A stretch of DNA of 64,000 nucleotides from Patescibacteria group bacterium. Its GTDB lineage: Bacteria; Patescibacteriota; Microgenomatia; Daviesbacterales; UBA10151. Each line of letters opens with the position of its first letter. Positions within the stretch are counted from its first letter, which is position 1. The stretch spans positions 31,725 to 95,724 of the forward strand of contig JBBTSA010000010.1 of the NCBI GenBank assembly GCA_038064895.1, given 5' to 3'. A program made the position numbers and the translations under genes. Shown here one piece after another: positions 38,145 to 48,272 of this stretch. A model generated the notes under the pieces. It was not told the DNA's origin. It made no database searches and saw only the letters and a program-made list of their open reading frames with translations.

Positions 38145-38410
38145 TCGGAATATCTTATCTCACGGAGGGCCTTTACAGAATCAAAGTTTTTACCAACAGC
38201 TTTTGAATTCGCTTGAGCAAGTTTTTCAAGCTCTTTCATAAACTTTTCTACATTTTTAATTCTCTTTTTAGGTTTCTGCTCTTCAATAATAATTCTAGAT
38301 GTTGCTTCTCGAACAATTTTGGCTAAACTTTTTCTCTCTTTCGCAGCCTTAAGTTTAAGTTTATTATATTGGTCTTCAGGAAATCTAATATTAGTTGCTA
38401 TCCAATTCAT
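38141..38410 (-). CDS. Ribbon-helix-helix antitoxin
   Basis: TNIRFPED.Y..LK..A..E.KSLA.IVREA; ATGA overlap with the PIN gene. Confidence 0.8.
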   Translation of the reverse strand: MNWIATNIRFPEDQYNKLKLKAAKERKSLAKIVREATSRIIIEEQKPKKRIKNVEKFMKELEKLAQANSKAVGKNFDSVKALREIRYSE

Positions 38411-38414
38411 AGTA

Positions 38415-38449
38415 GTACCATTATATAATGGTACCAAAAGTCAAATCAA
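38415..38449 (-). promoter_or_regulatory. TA promoter with palindromic operator
   Basis: Perfect 20-bp palindrome GTACCATTATATAATGGTAC (38415-38434) covering TATAAT; TTGATT 18 bp upstream. Confidence 0.75.
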
Positions 38450-38547
38450 GATATCATTTTAAACATTTTTTGCAGTAGCAAAATTTTGTTATACGGACAA
38501 AATAGTCCTTTGGGGTTATTTTGTCCAAGATTCCATACCCCAGTGCG

Positions 38548-38697
38548 TCAGTTGAGTTTGATAAATCTATCATTAACCCAGACTACTAATTCACCGGTCT
38601 TAAAACCTGGCAGGGATGCATCCACCATCTTAGCTGCTTCTCTTAAATTTGGGTTAATATTTTCCTGTTGTTCGACTTCTATTGGTCTTTCTGCCAT
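38548..38697 (-). CDS. Small hypothetical protein (49 aa)
   Basis: MAERPIEVEQQENINPNLREAAKMVDASLPGFKTGELVVWVNDRFIKLN with GGAG SD directly after the ftsZ stop. Confidence 0.4.
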   Translation of the reverse strand: MAERPIEVEQQENINPNLREAAKMVDASLPGFKTGELVVWVNDRFIKLN

Positions 38698-38706
38698 TTT
38701 TTTCTC

Positions 38707-39858
38707 CTATCTGTTTGACCGTAAAAATGCAGGGATTTCCAGATCATCTTCTTCTTCTATTCTTTCTTGTGGTTTTTCCTCCTCCAACGTCTCATTACCT
38801 TCAGATACAGTTTGTGTTGTATCATCTTGAGGTTGAGCTGTCCATCCAGGTTGTACAGAAGCGCTACCTATTCCTGCCCCGACATATTCTCTTAGTCTTC
38901 TTCTTGTCTCATCAAACCCTGTTGCAATAACAGAAATCTTAACCTGATCCAGCTGATCATCTTTTACTGTTGCACCAAATATAATATTTGCATCAGGATC
39001 AGCAGCTTGTGCAATAATTTGTGCTGCTTCATTAACCTCTGCCATAGAAAGATCCGGTCCTCCAACTATGTTAAATAAAACACCCTTCGCTCCTTCAATT
39101 GATACCTCCAAAAGGGGAGAGGCAATTGCCATACGAGCTGCTGCAGCTGCTCTGTTCTCACCACCTGCAAGTCCAATACCCATGAGTGCAGATCCTGCAT
39201 TAGACATGATAGCTTTTACATCTGCAAAATCAACATTTATAAGACCCGGGACAGTTATAAGATCAGATATGCCTTGCACACCTTGTCCTAAAACACTGTC
39301 GGCAAGTTTAAATGCTTCCTGTAAGGTCATATTTTTTTCGACAGACTCCAAAAGTCTTTGATTTGGAATAACTATCAGAGCATCTACTTTGTCTTTTAGT
39401 TTTTCGACTCCTTCTTCTGCTACAATCAATCTTCTCGTACCTTCAAAAGCAAATGGTTTTGTTACAACAGCTACTGTTAAAGCACCTAGATTTTTTGCAA
39501 GTTGTGCAACAATAGGAATTGAACCCGTCCCAGTACCTCCACCCATTCCTGCTGTTAAAAACACCATATCTGCATCTTGTAAAACATCCTCTAATTTTTG
39601 GGATGACTCTTCGGCAGCTTCCCTGCCTATTTCAGGATCTCCACCAGAACCCAAACCCTTGGTTAAATTTTCACCAATTTGAACTTTGGTAGGGGATTGG
39701 TTACTCATTAATGCCTGTACATCAGTATTAACAGCTACAAAATCTACTCCTTGAATTTGTTGTAAGGAGATCATTGAATTTAGGGAATTGGAGCCGCCTC
39801 CGCCAAGACCTACAACTTTAATCTTGGCAAATCTTTGAACGTCAGGTTTAATTAGCAT
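38707..39858 (-). CDS. ftsZ: Cell division protein FtsZ
   Basis: GGGTGTG tubulin signature, C-terminal LEIPAFLR. Confidence 0.98.
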   Translation of the reverse strand: MLIKPDVQRFAKIKVVGLGGGGSNSLNSMISLQQIQGVDFVAVNTDVQALMSNQSPTKVQIGENLTKGLGSGGDPEIGREAAEESSQKLEDVLQDADMVFLTAGMGGGTGTGSIPIVAQLAKNLGALTVAVVTKPFAFEGTRRLIVAEEGVEKLKDKVDALIVIPNQRLLESVEKNMTLQEAFKLADSVLGQGVQGISDLITVPGLINVDFADVKAIMSNAGSALMGIGLAGGENRAAAAARMAIASPLLEVSIEGAKGVLFNIVGGPDLSMAEVNEAAQIIAQAADPDANIIFGATVKDDQLDQVKISVIATGFDETRRRLREYVGAGIGSASVQPGWTAQPQDDTTQTVSEGNETLEEEKPQERIEEEDDLEIPAFLRSNR

Positions 39859-39903
39859 AATCTATACTTCACTTCCTGGGCAGAATATATCAAAAAACAT
39901 TTC

Positions 39904-41199
39904 TTATGGCAAGAAGGACTTTACAAGATTAATTCCCTTCTGTAAAAGTCCTTTTAGGGGCAGTGAATCTGATAAAACCGGTATATGCAACTCGCTTCCT
40001 CCGCTTTGTGAGGAGCCATACAAAACCAACCCTGCTGCCGTTGCAAATGTCGGTGAATCAATCTCTTCAATAAGTCCTCCTAACCCCTCAATTTTCCCTA
40101 CTCTTGCAGGGAAGCCTAAAACGTACTTTGCTTGTTCCAAAAGCCCAACAGTTTGAGCCCCACCGCCACAAATAACCAGTCCTGACGGGACCTGTGTTCC
40201 AAAGCCGCTTTTTTTAATTTCGCGTGCCACATATTTAAATATTTCCTGAAGTCTTGGTCTTATTATTCCATCAACAACTGCTTTTCTTGAGATTTTTTGA
40301 ATATCTTCCTCCAGTCCCAAGGCTTTAATATCTAAATTTTCTCCCTCTTTTTTCTTGAGGCTATCTGTCACATCTTCATTTTTTTCAGAAGCCTCGGCCG
40401 GGACTTTTAAACTCTTACCTAATGATAGTTTAATTTTTTCTGCAGACTCCAGGGAAACTCTTAAACCTACAGCCATATCGGAAGTTATGTGACGCGCTCC
40501 AATCGGCACAACGGATGAGTATGAAACAGATCCGTCAACAAAAATCACAACATCTGTTGTTTCTCCGCCAATATCAACTAAAACTACTCCAAGCTCTCTT
40601 TCGGTATCTGTTAAAACAGCAAAATTTGATGCAATCCCTGTGAATACCAGTTCCAAAACATCAATACCAACTTCAGACACACATTTCACCAAATTTCGCA
40701 TCGATGTAGCTGACCCGGTAATAATGTGTGTTTCCGTTTCAAGTCTGATACCTGTCATACCAACCGGATCTTTAATCCCCTCTTGGCCGTCAACAGTAAA
40801 AGTTCTTGGTATGACATGAAGAATCTCCCTGGATGCAGGTAGCGGCACTGCCTTGGCAGCATCATTAACTCTTGCCACATCCGACTCTTTAATCTCCCCT
40901 TCCGGTTCAGACACGGCAACAACCGCATGAGAATTAGTGCTTTCAACTTGAGGCCCGCCCAAAGAAACATAAGCTTGAGAAATAGAATATCCGGCCATTC
41001 TTTCAGCTGCTTCTACAGATTCTGTGATTGCAGAAACTGCTTCAACTATATCAACTACCTGATTTCTTCTCACACCTTTAGAGGGAACTTGAGAAACACC
41101 GATAAGGTTTATTTTTTCATTCTCGTCAACAGAAGCAATAAGAGTTGAAATTTTTGAAGAACCTACATCAATTGCACAAATAACTTTATCTTTAGCCAT
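39904..41199 (-). CDS. ftsA: Cell division protein FtsA
   Basis: IDVGSSKI, VDIGG.TT, GGGA; adjacent to ftsZ. Confidence 0.96.
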   Translation of the reverse strand: MAKDKVICAIDVGSSKISTLIASVDENEKINLIGVSQVPSKGVRRNQVVDIVEAVSAITESVEAAERMAGYSISQAYVSLGGPQVESTNSHAVVAVSEPEGEIKESDVARVNDAAKAVPLPASREILHVIPRTFTVDGQEGIKDPVGMTGIRLETETHIITGSATSMRNLVKCVSEVGIDVLELVFTGIASNFAVLTDTERELGVVLVDIGGETTDVVIFVDGSVSYSSVVPIGARHITSDMAVGLRVSLESAEKIKLSLGKSLKVPAEASEKNEDVTDSLKKKEGENLDIKALGLEEDIQKISRKAVVDGIIRPRLQEIFKYVAREIKKSGFGTQVPSGLVICGGGAQTVGLLEQAKYVLGFPARVGKIEGLGGLIEEIDSPTFATAAGLVLYGSSQSGGSELHIPVLSDSLPLKGLLQKGINLVKSFLP

Positions 41200-41201
41200 A
41201 C

Positions 41202-41966
41202 TTAATTTTTCTTTGGGGCAAGTCTTAAAACGGGTTTATCGAATCTTAGGTCAATAAACTCCAACTGATTTTCATCTATTTTAGCCTGATTTAAGATTAG
41301 TTGTAAAGAAGCAAGTTGAGCATCCAAATTTTCTTCTAATTTAAATATTATTCTAGGGGTATTTAACTGCTCATAAGTTATAAACCAACCATCTAAAATT
41401 TCACTAATACTAACATCTAAACCATATGATCTAACCTTATCTAAAACTTTTAGAGCATTGAAAATTGTGTCTGGAATTATTTGACCCAAAGCCAAATTAC
41501 TATGTACATATATCCTTGGAAGATCAAAAGTGGGAGCTTTCTTTGCGAAAATTACTCCATCTTCGTCAACCTCTAATCCTTCATCTGCTTCTAACCTTTC
41601 TGCAGAAGGTGTAGCAATATCTTTCAAAGAAGCTGATACAGTGGCATCCTCTTTCTTAAGAGTCATAAGCAATACTTTTCCTTCTCTGCCGGAAACAAAA
41701 ATACTAATCTTGTTTGGAAAAATCCTGGAAAGCGCTACATCTTTAATGCAAAGGAATTTTTTCTTTATGGCATTTTTTACTTTTGAGGTACTTATAAGGA
41801 AAAGGTTTTGTCCTAATAGTTTGGAAGCATTTTTAATTTTTTCAGAATTAGTACATACAATTTTTTCAGATCCTATATCCACCGATCTAATGGTGAATAT
41901 GTCGGAGCGGATAATTAAGAATCCCAGAATCAGGATAACAGCCAGTAATACTAAACCCCACTTCAT
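41202..41966 (-). CDS. ftsQ: FtsQ/DivIB-like protein
   Basis: TM plus POTRA-like segment (R.FP.KI), C-terminal IDLRF; dcw position. Confidence 0.75.
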   Translation of the reverse strand: MKWGLVLLAVILILGFLIIRSDIFTIRSVDIGSEKIVCTNSEKIKNASKLLGQNLFLISTSKVKNAIKKKFLCIKDVALSRIFPNKISIFVSGREGKVLLMTLKKEDATVSASLKDIATPSAERLEADEGLEVDEDGVIFAKKAPTFDLPRIYVHSNLALGQIIPDTIFNALKVLDKVRSYGLDVSISEILDGWFITYEQLNTPRIIFKLEENLDAQLASLQLILNQAKIDENQLEFIDLRFDKPVLRLAPKKN

Positions 41967-41990
41967 ATTCTCATTATATCGCTTATTCCC

Positions 41991-43088
41991 CTAATTCCCC
42001 AAAAGCACTGTTTCCAAAGCCAGTCTTTTTGCTGCATCCGGAATAATAACTTCTTTAGCCTTTTTAGCTTTATCTTTTAAATTAGGTAAATCGTCTAACA
42101 TAAGTCTTATGTTTTTTAACAAAGTATCAGCAGATAATTTTTTTTGAGGCAAAATTTTAACTAAACCCAAATTTTCAAAAAATTTGGCATTTTTATTTTG
42201 TTCATCTTTATAAAGATATGGTATGGGAACTACCAAAGCAGGTTTTCCTAGAAAGCTAAGTTCAGTTAAAGTATTTATTCCTGCCCTGGAAACTACCAAA
42301 TCGGCGTTAGATAGAACTTCTCCCCACTCCTCCCCTATCCATTTTTCAACACTATACTTTCCCTCTAATCCTTCTTTTCCTCCTAATCCTTTTAATCTTT
42401 CAAAATCTTTAAATTTGTTATCTCCTGTAACATGAATGATATTTGCTATCTTTGTTAGCTTATTCAGACATTCTTCTACAGTTTTATTAATAATATGTGA
42501 ACCCTGATTCCCCCCAGTAATAAGTATTGTCTTACGGTGTGAACGTAACACACCCCTGGGGTGTGCTAGCTTGACACCGTTCACAATCATACTACGGATT
42601 GGGTCGCCGGTTAAAAGAGTTTTGTCTGCAAAACCATCTCTTCTAAAAGAAAGTGCAATCTTATCTGCAAAAAAACTACTTATCTTATTTGCAAGACCAG
42701 ATACTAGAGTTTGTTCATGAACAATAATGGGGATTGAAAATAACCAAGCAGTAAAAACAGTAGGAACTGCCACATATCCTCCAAAAGATAAAACTACCTT
42801 AGGTTTTTCTGATAAAACAATTATGAGAGCTTGAATGAATCCTACCGGAATTTTTAGAAGAGAAAGAAGTGTATATGGTGTGAATTCCCTTTGGAGCCTA
42901 CCTGTAACAATAGGGATATATTTCACACCAAGTTTTGGTAAAACTTTTGATTCTGCAGAAGGAGAAGGATCACCTTCTTGGGTAGTTTTTCTTCCTACAT
43001 ATACAACATGGACATCAGGGTATTTTTTCAGCTCCTCAACTACCGCAACAGCAGGTGTAAAATGAGCTCCGGTAATAAGTATCTTCAT
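41991..43088 (-). CDS. murG: MurG glycosyltransferase
   Basis: FGGYVAVP, HEQ, GGNQGS, SRAG, EQ..NA. Confidence 0.93.
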   Translation of the reverse strand: MKILITGAHFTPAVAVVEELKKYPDVHVVYVGRKTTQEGDPSPSAESKVLPKLGVKYIPIVTGRLQREFTPYTLLSLLKIPVGFIQALIIVLSEKPKVVLSFGGYVAVPTVFTAWLFSIPIIVHEQTLVSGLANKISSFFADKIALSFRRDGFADKTLLTGDPIRSMIVNGVKLAHPRGVLRSHRKTILITGGNQGSHIINKTVEECLNKLTKIANIIHVTGDNKFKDFERLKGLGGKEGLEGKYSVEKWIGEEWGEVLSNADLVVSRAGINTLTELSFLGKPALVVPIPYLYKDEQNKNAKFFENLGLVKILPQKKLSADTLLKNIRLMLDDLPNLKDKAKKAKEVIIPDAAKRLALETVLLGN

Positions 43089-43102
43089 GCGTAAATTATA
43101 GC

Positions 43103-44203
43103 TTATGCAGAGCTGTTTTGCTTGGAGATATTTAGAAGTATCCCAACAGCTGTTAAGTTGGCAACCAATGCCGAACCACCATAAGAAATAAAAGGTAAAG
43201 GTACACCAGTAAGAGGAAGCAGTGCCACCATTGAAGAAAGATTGATTACTGTTTGAACCCCCAACCAGGAGGTCAAACCAATTGCCAAAATTCTTCCAAA
43301 ATTATCACTGCACTGCTGCGAAATTTTTATACCCCTTAAAACTAAAATCGCAAACAAAATTACCAATGTTGCTCCTCCTAAAAATCCAAACTCTTCTCCT
43401 ACAACACCAAAGATAGAATCTGTTGTGACTTCAGGTATATATTCGAATTTTTGTCTGGAATGTCCTAATCCCAAACCAAGCAGTCCTCCAGACCCTAATG
43501 CGATTAGTACTTGAGAAATATGGTATGTAAACCCTTGGGTATCCTGGAATGGATCCAAAAATGCAAGTATTCTTTGAACCCTGTAGGGGGATGTAAATAT
43601 AAGTACCGAAATGGCTGCAAGAGATAAAGGCAGTGCAACCAAAAAATGCCAGATTGCCCCACCGGAAGCAAGGTATAAAATAGAAGAAGAAAAAACAAAA
43701 ATAATAGTTGACCCCAAGTCTCTTTGTAAAATGGCAGTTACTGCAGTCACCATGAAACAGAGAGTTAATAAGGGGAAAAATCTTGATCCTTTTGTAAATA
43801 CAGTAGACAGAAAAATTATACCCGTAAGTTTCATAAATTCTGCAGGCTGAAATGTAACAGGCCCCAGCTGTAACCAACGCTGTGCCCCACCGCCGGAAAA
43901 GCCAAAAGAGGGTATTAAAACTGCAAGCATTAATACAAAAGACCCCACTAAAGCGGGAGTAGAAAATTTCTTAAGTATTCTATAATCAATTTGACTAAAA
44001 AAAACCATTGACAAGATGCCGATACTTGCCCAAATTAACTGCTGTCTAATGTAGAAGTTGCTATCCCCGGCATCTCGTAAGGCCTGTACCGGAGACACAT
44101 CATAAACCATTACCAAACCAAAACCTATCAAAATTAAAACCGTAACAAGAAGCGGTAGATCCATTGTATTTTTCTGTGACAGGTACTTTATGTTTTTAAT
44201 CAT
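43103..44203 (-). CDS. ftsW: Lipid II polymerase FtsW
   Basis: QPAEFMK, G.G.SRQK..Y.PE..TD.IF, GVPLPFISYGGS. Confidence 0.92.
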   Translation of the reverse strand: MIKNIKYLSQKNTMDLPLLVTVLILIGFGLVMVYDVSPVQALRDAGDSNFYIRQQLIWASIGILSMVFFSQIDYRILKKFSTPALVGSFVLMLAVLIPSFGFSGGGAQRWLQLGPVTFQPAEFMKLTGIIFLSTVFTKGSRFFPLLTLCFMVTAVTAILQRDLGSTIIFVFSSSILYLASGGAIWHFLVALPLSLAAISVLIFTSPYRVQRILAFLDPFQDTQGFTYHISQVLIALGSGGLLGLGLGHSRQKFEYIPEVTTDSIFGVVGEEFGFLGGATLVILFAILVLRGIKISQQCSDNFGRILAIGLTSWLGVQTVINLSSMVALLPLTGVPLPFISYGGSALVANLTAVGILLNISKQNSSA

Positions 44204-44216
44204 TGAATGAAAATTA

Positions 44217-45224
44217 TCATTTAAAAAGAAGTGCTATCCATACGCCAAAGATTGCAAAAAGCCCTTGAGCCAACCAAAACCTGGTGACTATTTTAGATTC
44301 CGGCCAACCAATGTATTTAAAATACATATGAATCGGAGTAACAGGTAAAATTTTCCTCCTAAAGAATTTCTTTGAAATTATCTGAAGTAAGGATGATGCT
44401 ACAATTATAACAAATACTCCACCAATAATTGCTAAAGCTAATATTTTACCTGTCAAAAGTCCAACCACTGCCAGAGTTGCTCCAAAACCAAAAGCACCTC
44501 CGTCTCCTAAAAAAATCCTTGCTGGCCAAACATTAAAGTATAAAAAAGCAAAAAGTGTACCAATCCATATACCTATAAAGGATGCCAAAGTTAAATCCAA
44601 AGATGTTGATGCAATCGCCAAAAAAGCAAATAAGCAAATCATCAAAAGCCCTACAGACAAACCGTCCAAACCGTCTGAAATATTATAAGCATTTGCAAAT
44701 GAAACAATTAAAAAGGTGGCAATAGGTATGTACCAAAAATCAATAACAAAATTCCCCAAACCGGAAATATAAATATTATTAATTCCTACGATAAAATAAA
44801 GCATTAAAGAAATTACAGTTGCAAAAGTTACCTGCGAAAAAAACTGAAGTTTTGCCCCGAGGCCTAAAAATTTACCCTTTCTCCTTGTAAGAATAAACTT
44901 TAAATCATCGATAAAACCTAAAGCTCCAAAAGAGAGCATGGTAAGCAGCAAAATAGCCAAATTTACAAAATCTACCCCGGGGTTAATAAATACCAAAGCT
45001 ACGGATAAAAAACTCAAAATTAAAATTAAAAGAATACCTCCCCCCGAAGGTGTAGCTTCATCACCTCTCATCAGTTGATCATGAATTGGAGTTTCAGATC
45101 GGATTTTAAAAGGGGATATTTTTTCATACCTTCTTTTAAGAAAAAAAAGGAAATCAATAAAGGGGACAATCAAAATTGAAGTTACGGCAAACGATAATAA
45201 GACTAAACCTAAAAGTTGTGTCAC
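44217..45224 (-). CDS. mraY: Phospho-N-acetylmuramoyl-pentapeptide transferase
   Basis: TP.GGG, GFIDD, N.SDGLDGL, PARIFLGD. Confidence 0.93.
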   Translation of the reverse strand: MTQLLGLVLLSFAVTSILIVPFIDFLFFLKRRYEKISPFKIRSETPIHDQLMRGDEATPSGGGILLILILSFLSVALVFINPGVDFVNLAILLLTMLSFGALGFIDDLKFILTRRKGKFLGLGAKLQFFSQVTFATVISLMLYFIVGINNIYISGLGNFVIDFWYIPIATFLIVSFANAYNISDGLDGLSVGLLMICLFAFLAIASTSLDLTLASFIGIWIGTLFAFLYFNVWPARIFLGDGGAFGFGATLAVVGLLTGKILALAIIGGVFVIIVASSLLQIISKKFFRRKILPVTPIHMYFKYIGWPESKIVTRFWLAQGLFAIFGVWIALLFK

Positions 45225-46417
45225 TTTTTAGCAATCCTTTTAACTACCTCATCTAATCTGACTGCTCTTGCGCCTTTAACCAAACAAACATCACCCTTTC
45301 CCAAAACCTTAAGTAATTTTGAAACCATTTGAGAATTCTGTAAATTTGTCTCCACTCGCTCCATAAGAAATCCCAGACTTTTAAGTTCATCTGCTATAAA
45401 GTTTGCATCCCCTATCCCTAAAAATACCATATCTATTTTTTCTTTGTATATTTTCCTCGCAATTTCTCTATGTAACTTTTGGGAATATTTACCCAGTTCC
45501 CTCATTTCTCCCAAAACTACAACTCGACGTCTTGCGGGAACTTGCAGCAAAGTTTCTAATGCTTCCTCTAGCGCTGAAGGGGAGCAGTTATAAGTATCAT
45601 CCAAAATAACAGAACCCAAAGGACCTTGTACAATCTGCATCCTGTACTCAAAGGGTTCAATAGATTCCAATGCCAGCTTGATTTTAGTAAGTGGAATATC
45701 GCATAAGATTCCCAGGGCTGCTGCTGCAAGTGCTGAATAAACCTGGTGCTTGCCTAAAAGTTTGTAATTTACCTTTACTCTTTCAACTCCCAAATTTAAC
45801 TCAAAATTAGTTTTAAAATCCTCTATTTTAATGTTTCCTGCCCAAACGGTGCAGTTTTGCGAATCTGTTCCAAAATACATTACATCCGCTTTGCAGTTTT
45901 GGGATAATTTCCTGCTTTCCAAATCGTCCCAATTCAATATGGCTACTCCATCTTCAGGTAGCTTCTCTAAAAGCTTCCCTTTTTCCAAAGCAATGTCTGA
46001 AATATCTCCCAAATACTCGCTATGTGCATAGGAAATTTTGGTTATAATAACGGTTTTAGGTCTTATCAGGGATAGATAAAAATCCATCTCTCCTTTGTAC
46101 TCTATCCCCATCTCCAAAATACATTTTTGAATATTTGGAGTCATTTTTAAAAGTGTTTCCGGAATATTTAAAACGGGATCCAGGTTTGGTTTAGTTGTTA
46201 ACACCTTGTATCTTCTTGAAAGTACAGAGCCGCAGGCTGCAACGGTGGTTGTTTTACCCACGGAACCTGTTACTCCGATAAATTTCCCTCTATCATACAA
46301 TTTGGCATACTGCTTTGACAAAAAAATCCTTAAAAGGTGCAGTGGTTTTTTAAAGATAGGAATTTTGGTTTTATAAGGTGTTACCTGGTCCCAAATAGGA
46401 TGAGAAACAATATCCAT
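45221..46417 (-). CDS. murF: MurF ligase
   Basis: GVTGSVGKTT, LEMG, DDTYN, LGEMRELG, LVKGAR. Confidence 0.88.
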   Translation of the reverse strand: MDIVSHPIWDQVTPYKTKIPIFKKPLHLLRIFLSKQYAKLYDRGKFIGVTGSVGKTTTVAACGSVLSRRYKVLTTKPNLDPVLNIPETLLKMTPNIQKCILEMGIEYKGEMDFYLSLIRPKTVIITKISYAHSEYLGDISDIALEKGKLLEKLPEDGVAILNWDDLESRKLSQNCKADVMYFGTDSQNCTVWAGNIKIEDFKTNFELNLGVERVKVNYKLLGKHQVYSALAAAALGILCDIPLTKIKLALESIEPFEYRMQIVQGPLGSVILDDTYNCSPSALEEALETLLQVPARRRVVVLGEMRELGKYSQKLHREIARKIYKEKIDMVFLGIGDANFIADELKSLGFLMERVETNLQNSQMVSKLLKVLGKGDVCLVKGARAVRLDEVVKRIAKK

Positions 46418-46419
46418 AT

Positions 46420-47682
46420 TCAGCTGCCCCTTTCAATATCTGCCCCAAGCTCTTTCAGCTTCGAAACCACACTTTCATACCCCCTCTCAATCAGTTCTGC
46501 TTGATTGATTACACTTTGTCCTTTTGCAGAAAGGGCTGCTAAAACCAAAGCCATTCCCGCTCTTATATCGGGAGTTGATAATCTTCTACCTTTAAATCTT
46601 GCAGGTCCCCAGACAAATACTCGGTGCGGATCTGCAAGAGTAATTCTAGCACCCATAGCAATCAGCTTGTCAATAAAAAACATCCTTGATTCATACATCC
46701 AGTCATGGCAAAGAGTGATCCCTTTAGATTGAGTTGCCAAAACTATTACAACACTCATCAAATCTGTGGGAAATCCCGGCCAAATATTTGTTGTAAGTTT
46801 GGGTATTGACTTAAGCCTTTTGGCGTATGCACTCAGGCTACCTCTAGCAACATCCACACTTATTCCGAATCTTTCCAGCTGTTTCAGGATTGGGCTTAAA
46901 TCAGTACCATCCAAACCTTTTATGGTAATTTTTCCGCCTGTTATCGCTGCAGCCACAATATATGTACCTACCTCCACATAATCAATACCTATTTTAAAAT
47001 GTGTCCCCTTTAATTTATCTACTCCTTGAATTGTTAGTGTATCGGTTCCAATACCGGTAATTCGACCTCCCATTTTTGAAAGCATGTTGCAAAGATCTAA
47101 AACATGAGGTTCTTTGGGACAATTTTTAATCGTTATTTTTCTTTTTCCCAAAACGGATGCCAAAATTATATTTTCCGTAGCACTGACTGATGCTTCGGGC
47201 AAGAATATAGTACAGTCCCTTTTTTCCTCGTGAGCATTTTTATAATGCAGATAGAATTTTAAATCCTTTTTTTTTAAATCCGCACCCAGTATTTTAAAAG
47301 CCTCAAGGTGAGTCTCTATACTTCTTTGACCTATCACATCTCCGCCAGGATGATAAAAATGTATTCTTCCCACTCTTCCTAAAATTGCCCCTACCAAAAC
47401 AATTGAACCTCTAAGTTTACCCATAAGCTCTTTTGGAAGGCTGACATGCTTAATGTGAGATGCCTTAATTTTTAATCTTTGGCCGGATCTTTCAGCGCTA
47501 ACACCCAAGTTTTTTAAAATTTGAATTAAACTTTGGGTATCTCCTATATCGGGCATATTTTCCAAAACTACTTCTGCATTTGTTAATAGGGCTGCACCTA
47601 CACAAGGAAAAATTGAGTTTTTATTTCCTGAAACTCGAATTTTACCACTTAATTTGTTTCCTCCTCTTATTACGTATTTCAT
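46420..47682 (-). CDS. murA: UDP-GlcNAc enolpyruvyl transferase
   Basis: SGNKN, LRGS, PGGD.IG.R, WPGFPTDL, PDIRAG. Confidence 0.94.
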   Translation of the reverse strand: MKYVIRGGNKLSGKIRVSGNKNSIFPCVGAALLTNAEVVLENMPDIGDTQSLIQILKNLGVSAERSGQRLKIKASHIKHVSLPKELMGKLRGSIVLVGAILGRVGRIHFYHPGGDVIGQRSIETHLEAFKILGADLKKKDLKFYLHYKNAHEEKRDCTIFLPEASVSATENIILASVLGKRKITIKNCPKEPHVLDLCNMLSKMGGRITGIGTDTLTIQGVDKLKGTHFKIGIDYVEVGTYIVAAAITGGKITIKGLDGTDLSPILKQLERFGISVDVARGSLSAYAKRLKSIPKLTTNIWPGFPTDLMSVVIVLATQSKGITLCHDWMYESRMFFIDKLIAMGARITLADPHRVFVWGPARFKGRRLSTPDIRAGMALVLAALSAKGQSVINQAELIERGYESVVSKLKELGADIERGS

Positions 47683-47690
47683 AAAGTTTC

Positions 47691-48272
47691 CTATTTGGCA
47701 CTAAATTGAAAAACCACAGAAAGTACTATATGTTTTTTAAAGCTTATCTGCCTGGCTTCAATCTCCTCTACTTCGCACTCCAAGTTTAATACTTTAATAC
47801 TTTTTGCCTTACTTTGCAAAACTTGTGAGATAAAAATATTCCCTCCGATACTGCCGGGTATACCCGAAACTTCAACTTTTGATAACCCTTGAGAATCTAA
47901 ATACTCCAAAAGTTTGGTAATGCTTACCCCCGAATCTACCTCTATCAGTGCTTCCTCAATACCTATACCTATTTTTGATGCTTTACCTTTTATAGAAATA
48001 GTACTGATATTTTTTGTACGATTTTTTATGACTAATCCGTCAAAACCGTCATCCGAAATCATCATTTTGCTCCCCGTACCAAAAATAAAAAGGGGTACGT
48101 TAAGCTGCCTGCACATCGTAATTATTTTGATAAGTTCGAAAGTAGTAAAAGCTATAAAAAATAATTTGGCCGGGCCACCTACATTGAGAGCTGTATAATC
48201 CCTTATGTGCTCACCAAATTTAAATCTATCCTTACCGAAAGAGTCAACAATTAATTTAAATTTAGAATCCAT
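47691..48272 (-). CDS. murB: Truncated MurB-like FAD-binding protein
   Basis: T...VGGPA, G.GS, GIPGSIGG; only 193 aa with no C-terminal domain. Confidence 0.75.
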   Translation of the reverse strand: MDSKFKLIVDSFGKDRFKFGEHIRDYTALNVGGPAKLFFIAFTTFELIKIITMCRQLNVPLFIFGTGSKMMISDDGFDGLVIKNRTKNISTISIKGKASKIGIGIEEALIEVDSGVSITKLLEYLDSQGLSKVEVSGIPGSIGGNIFISQVLQSKAKSIKVLNLECEVEEIEARQISFKKHIVLSVVFQFSAK

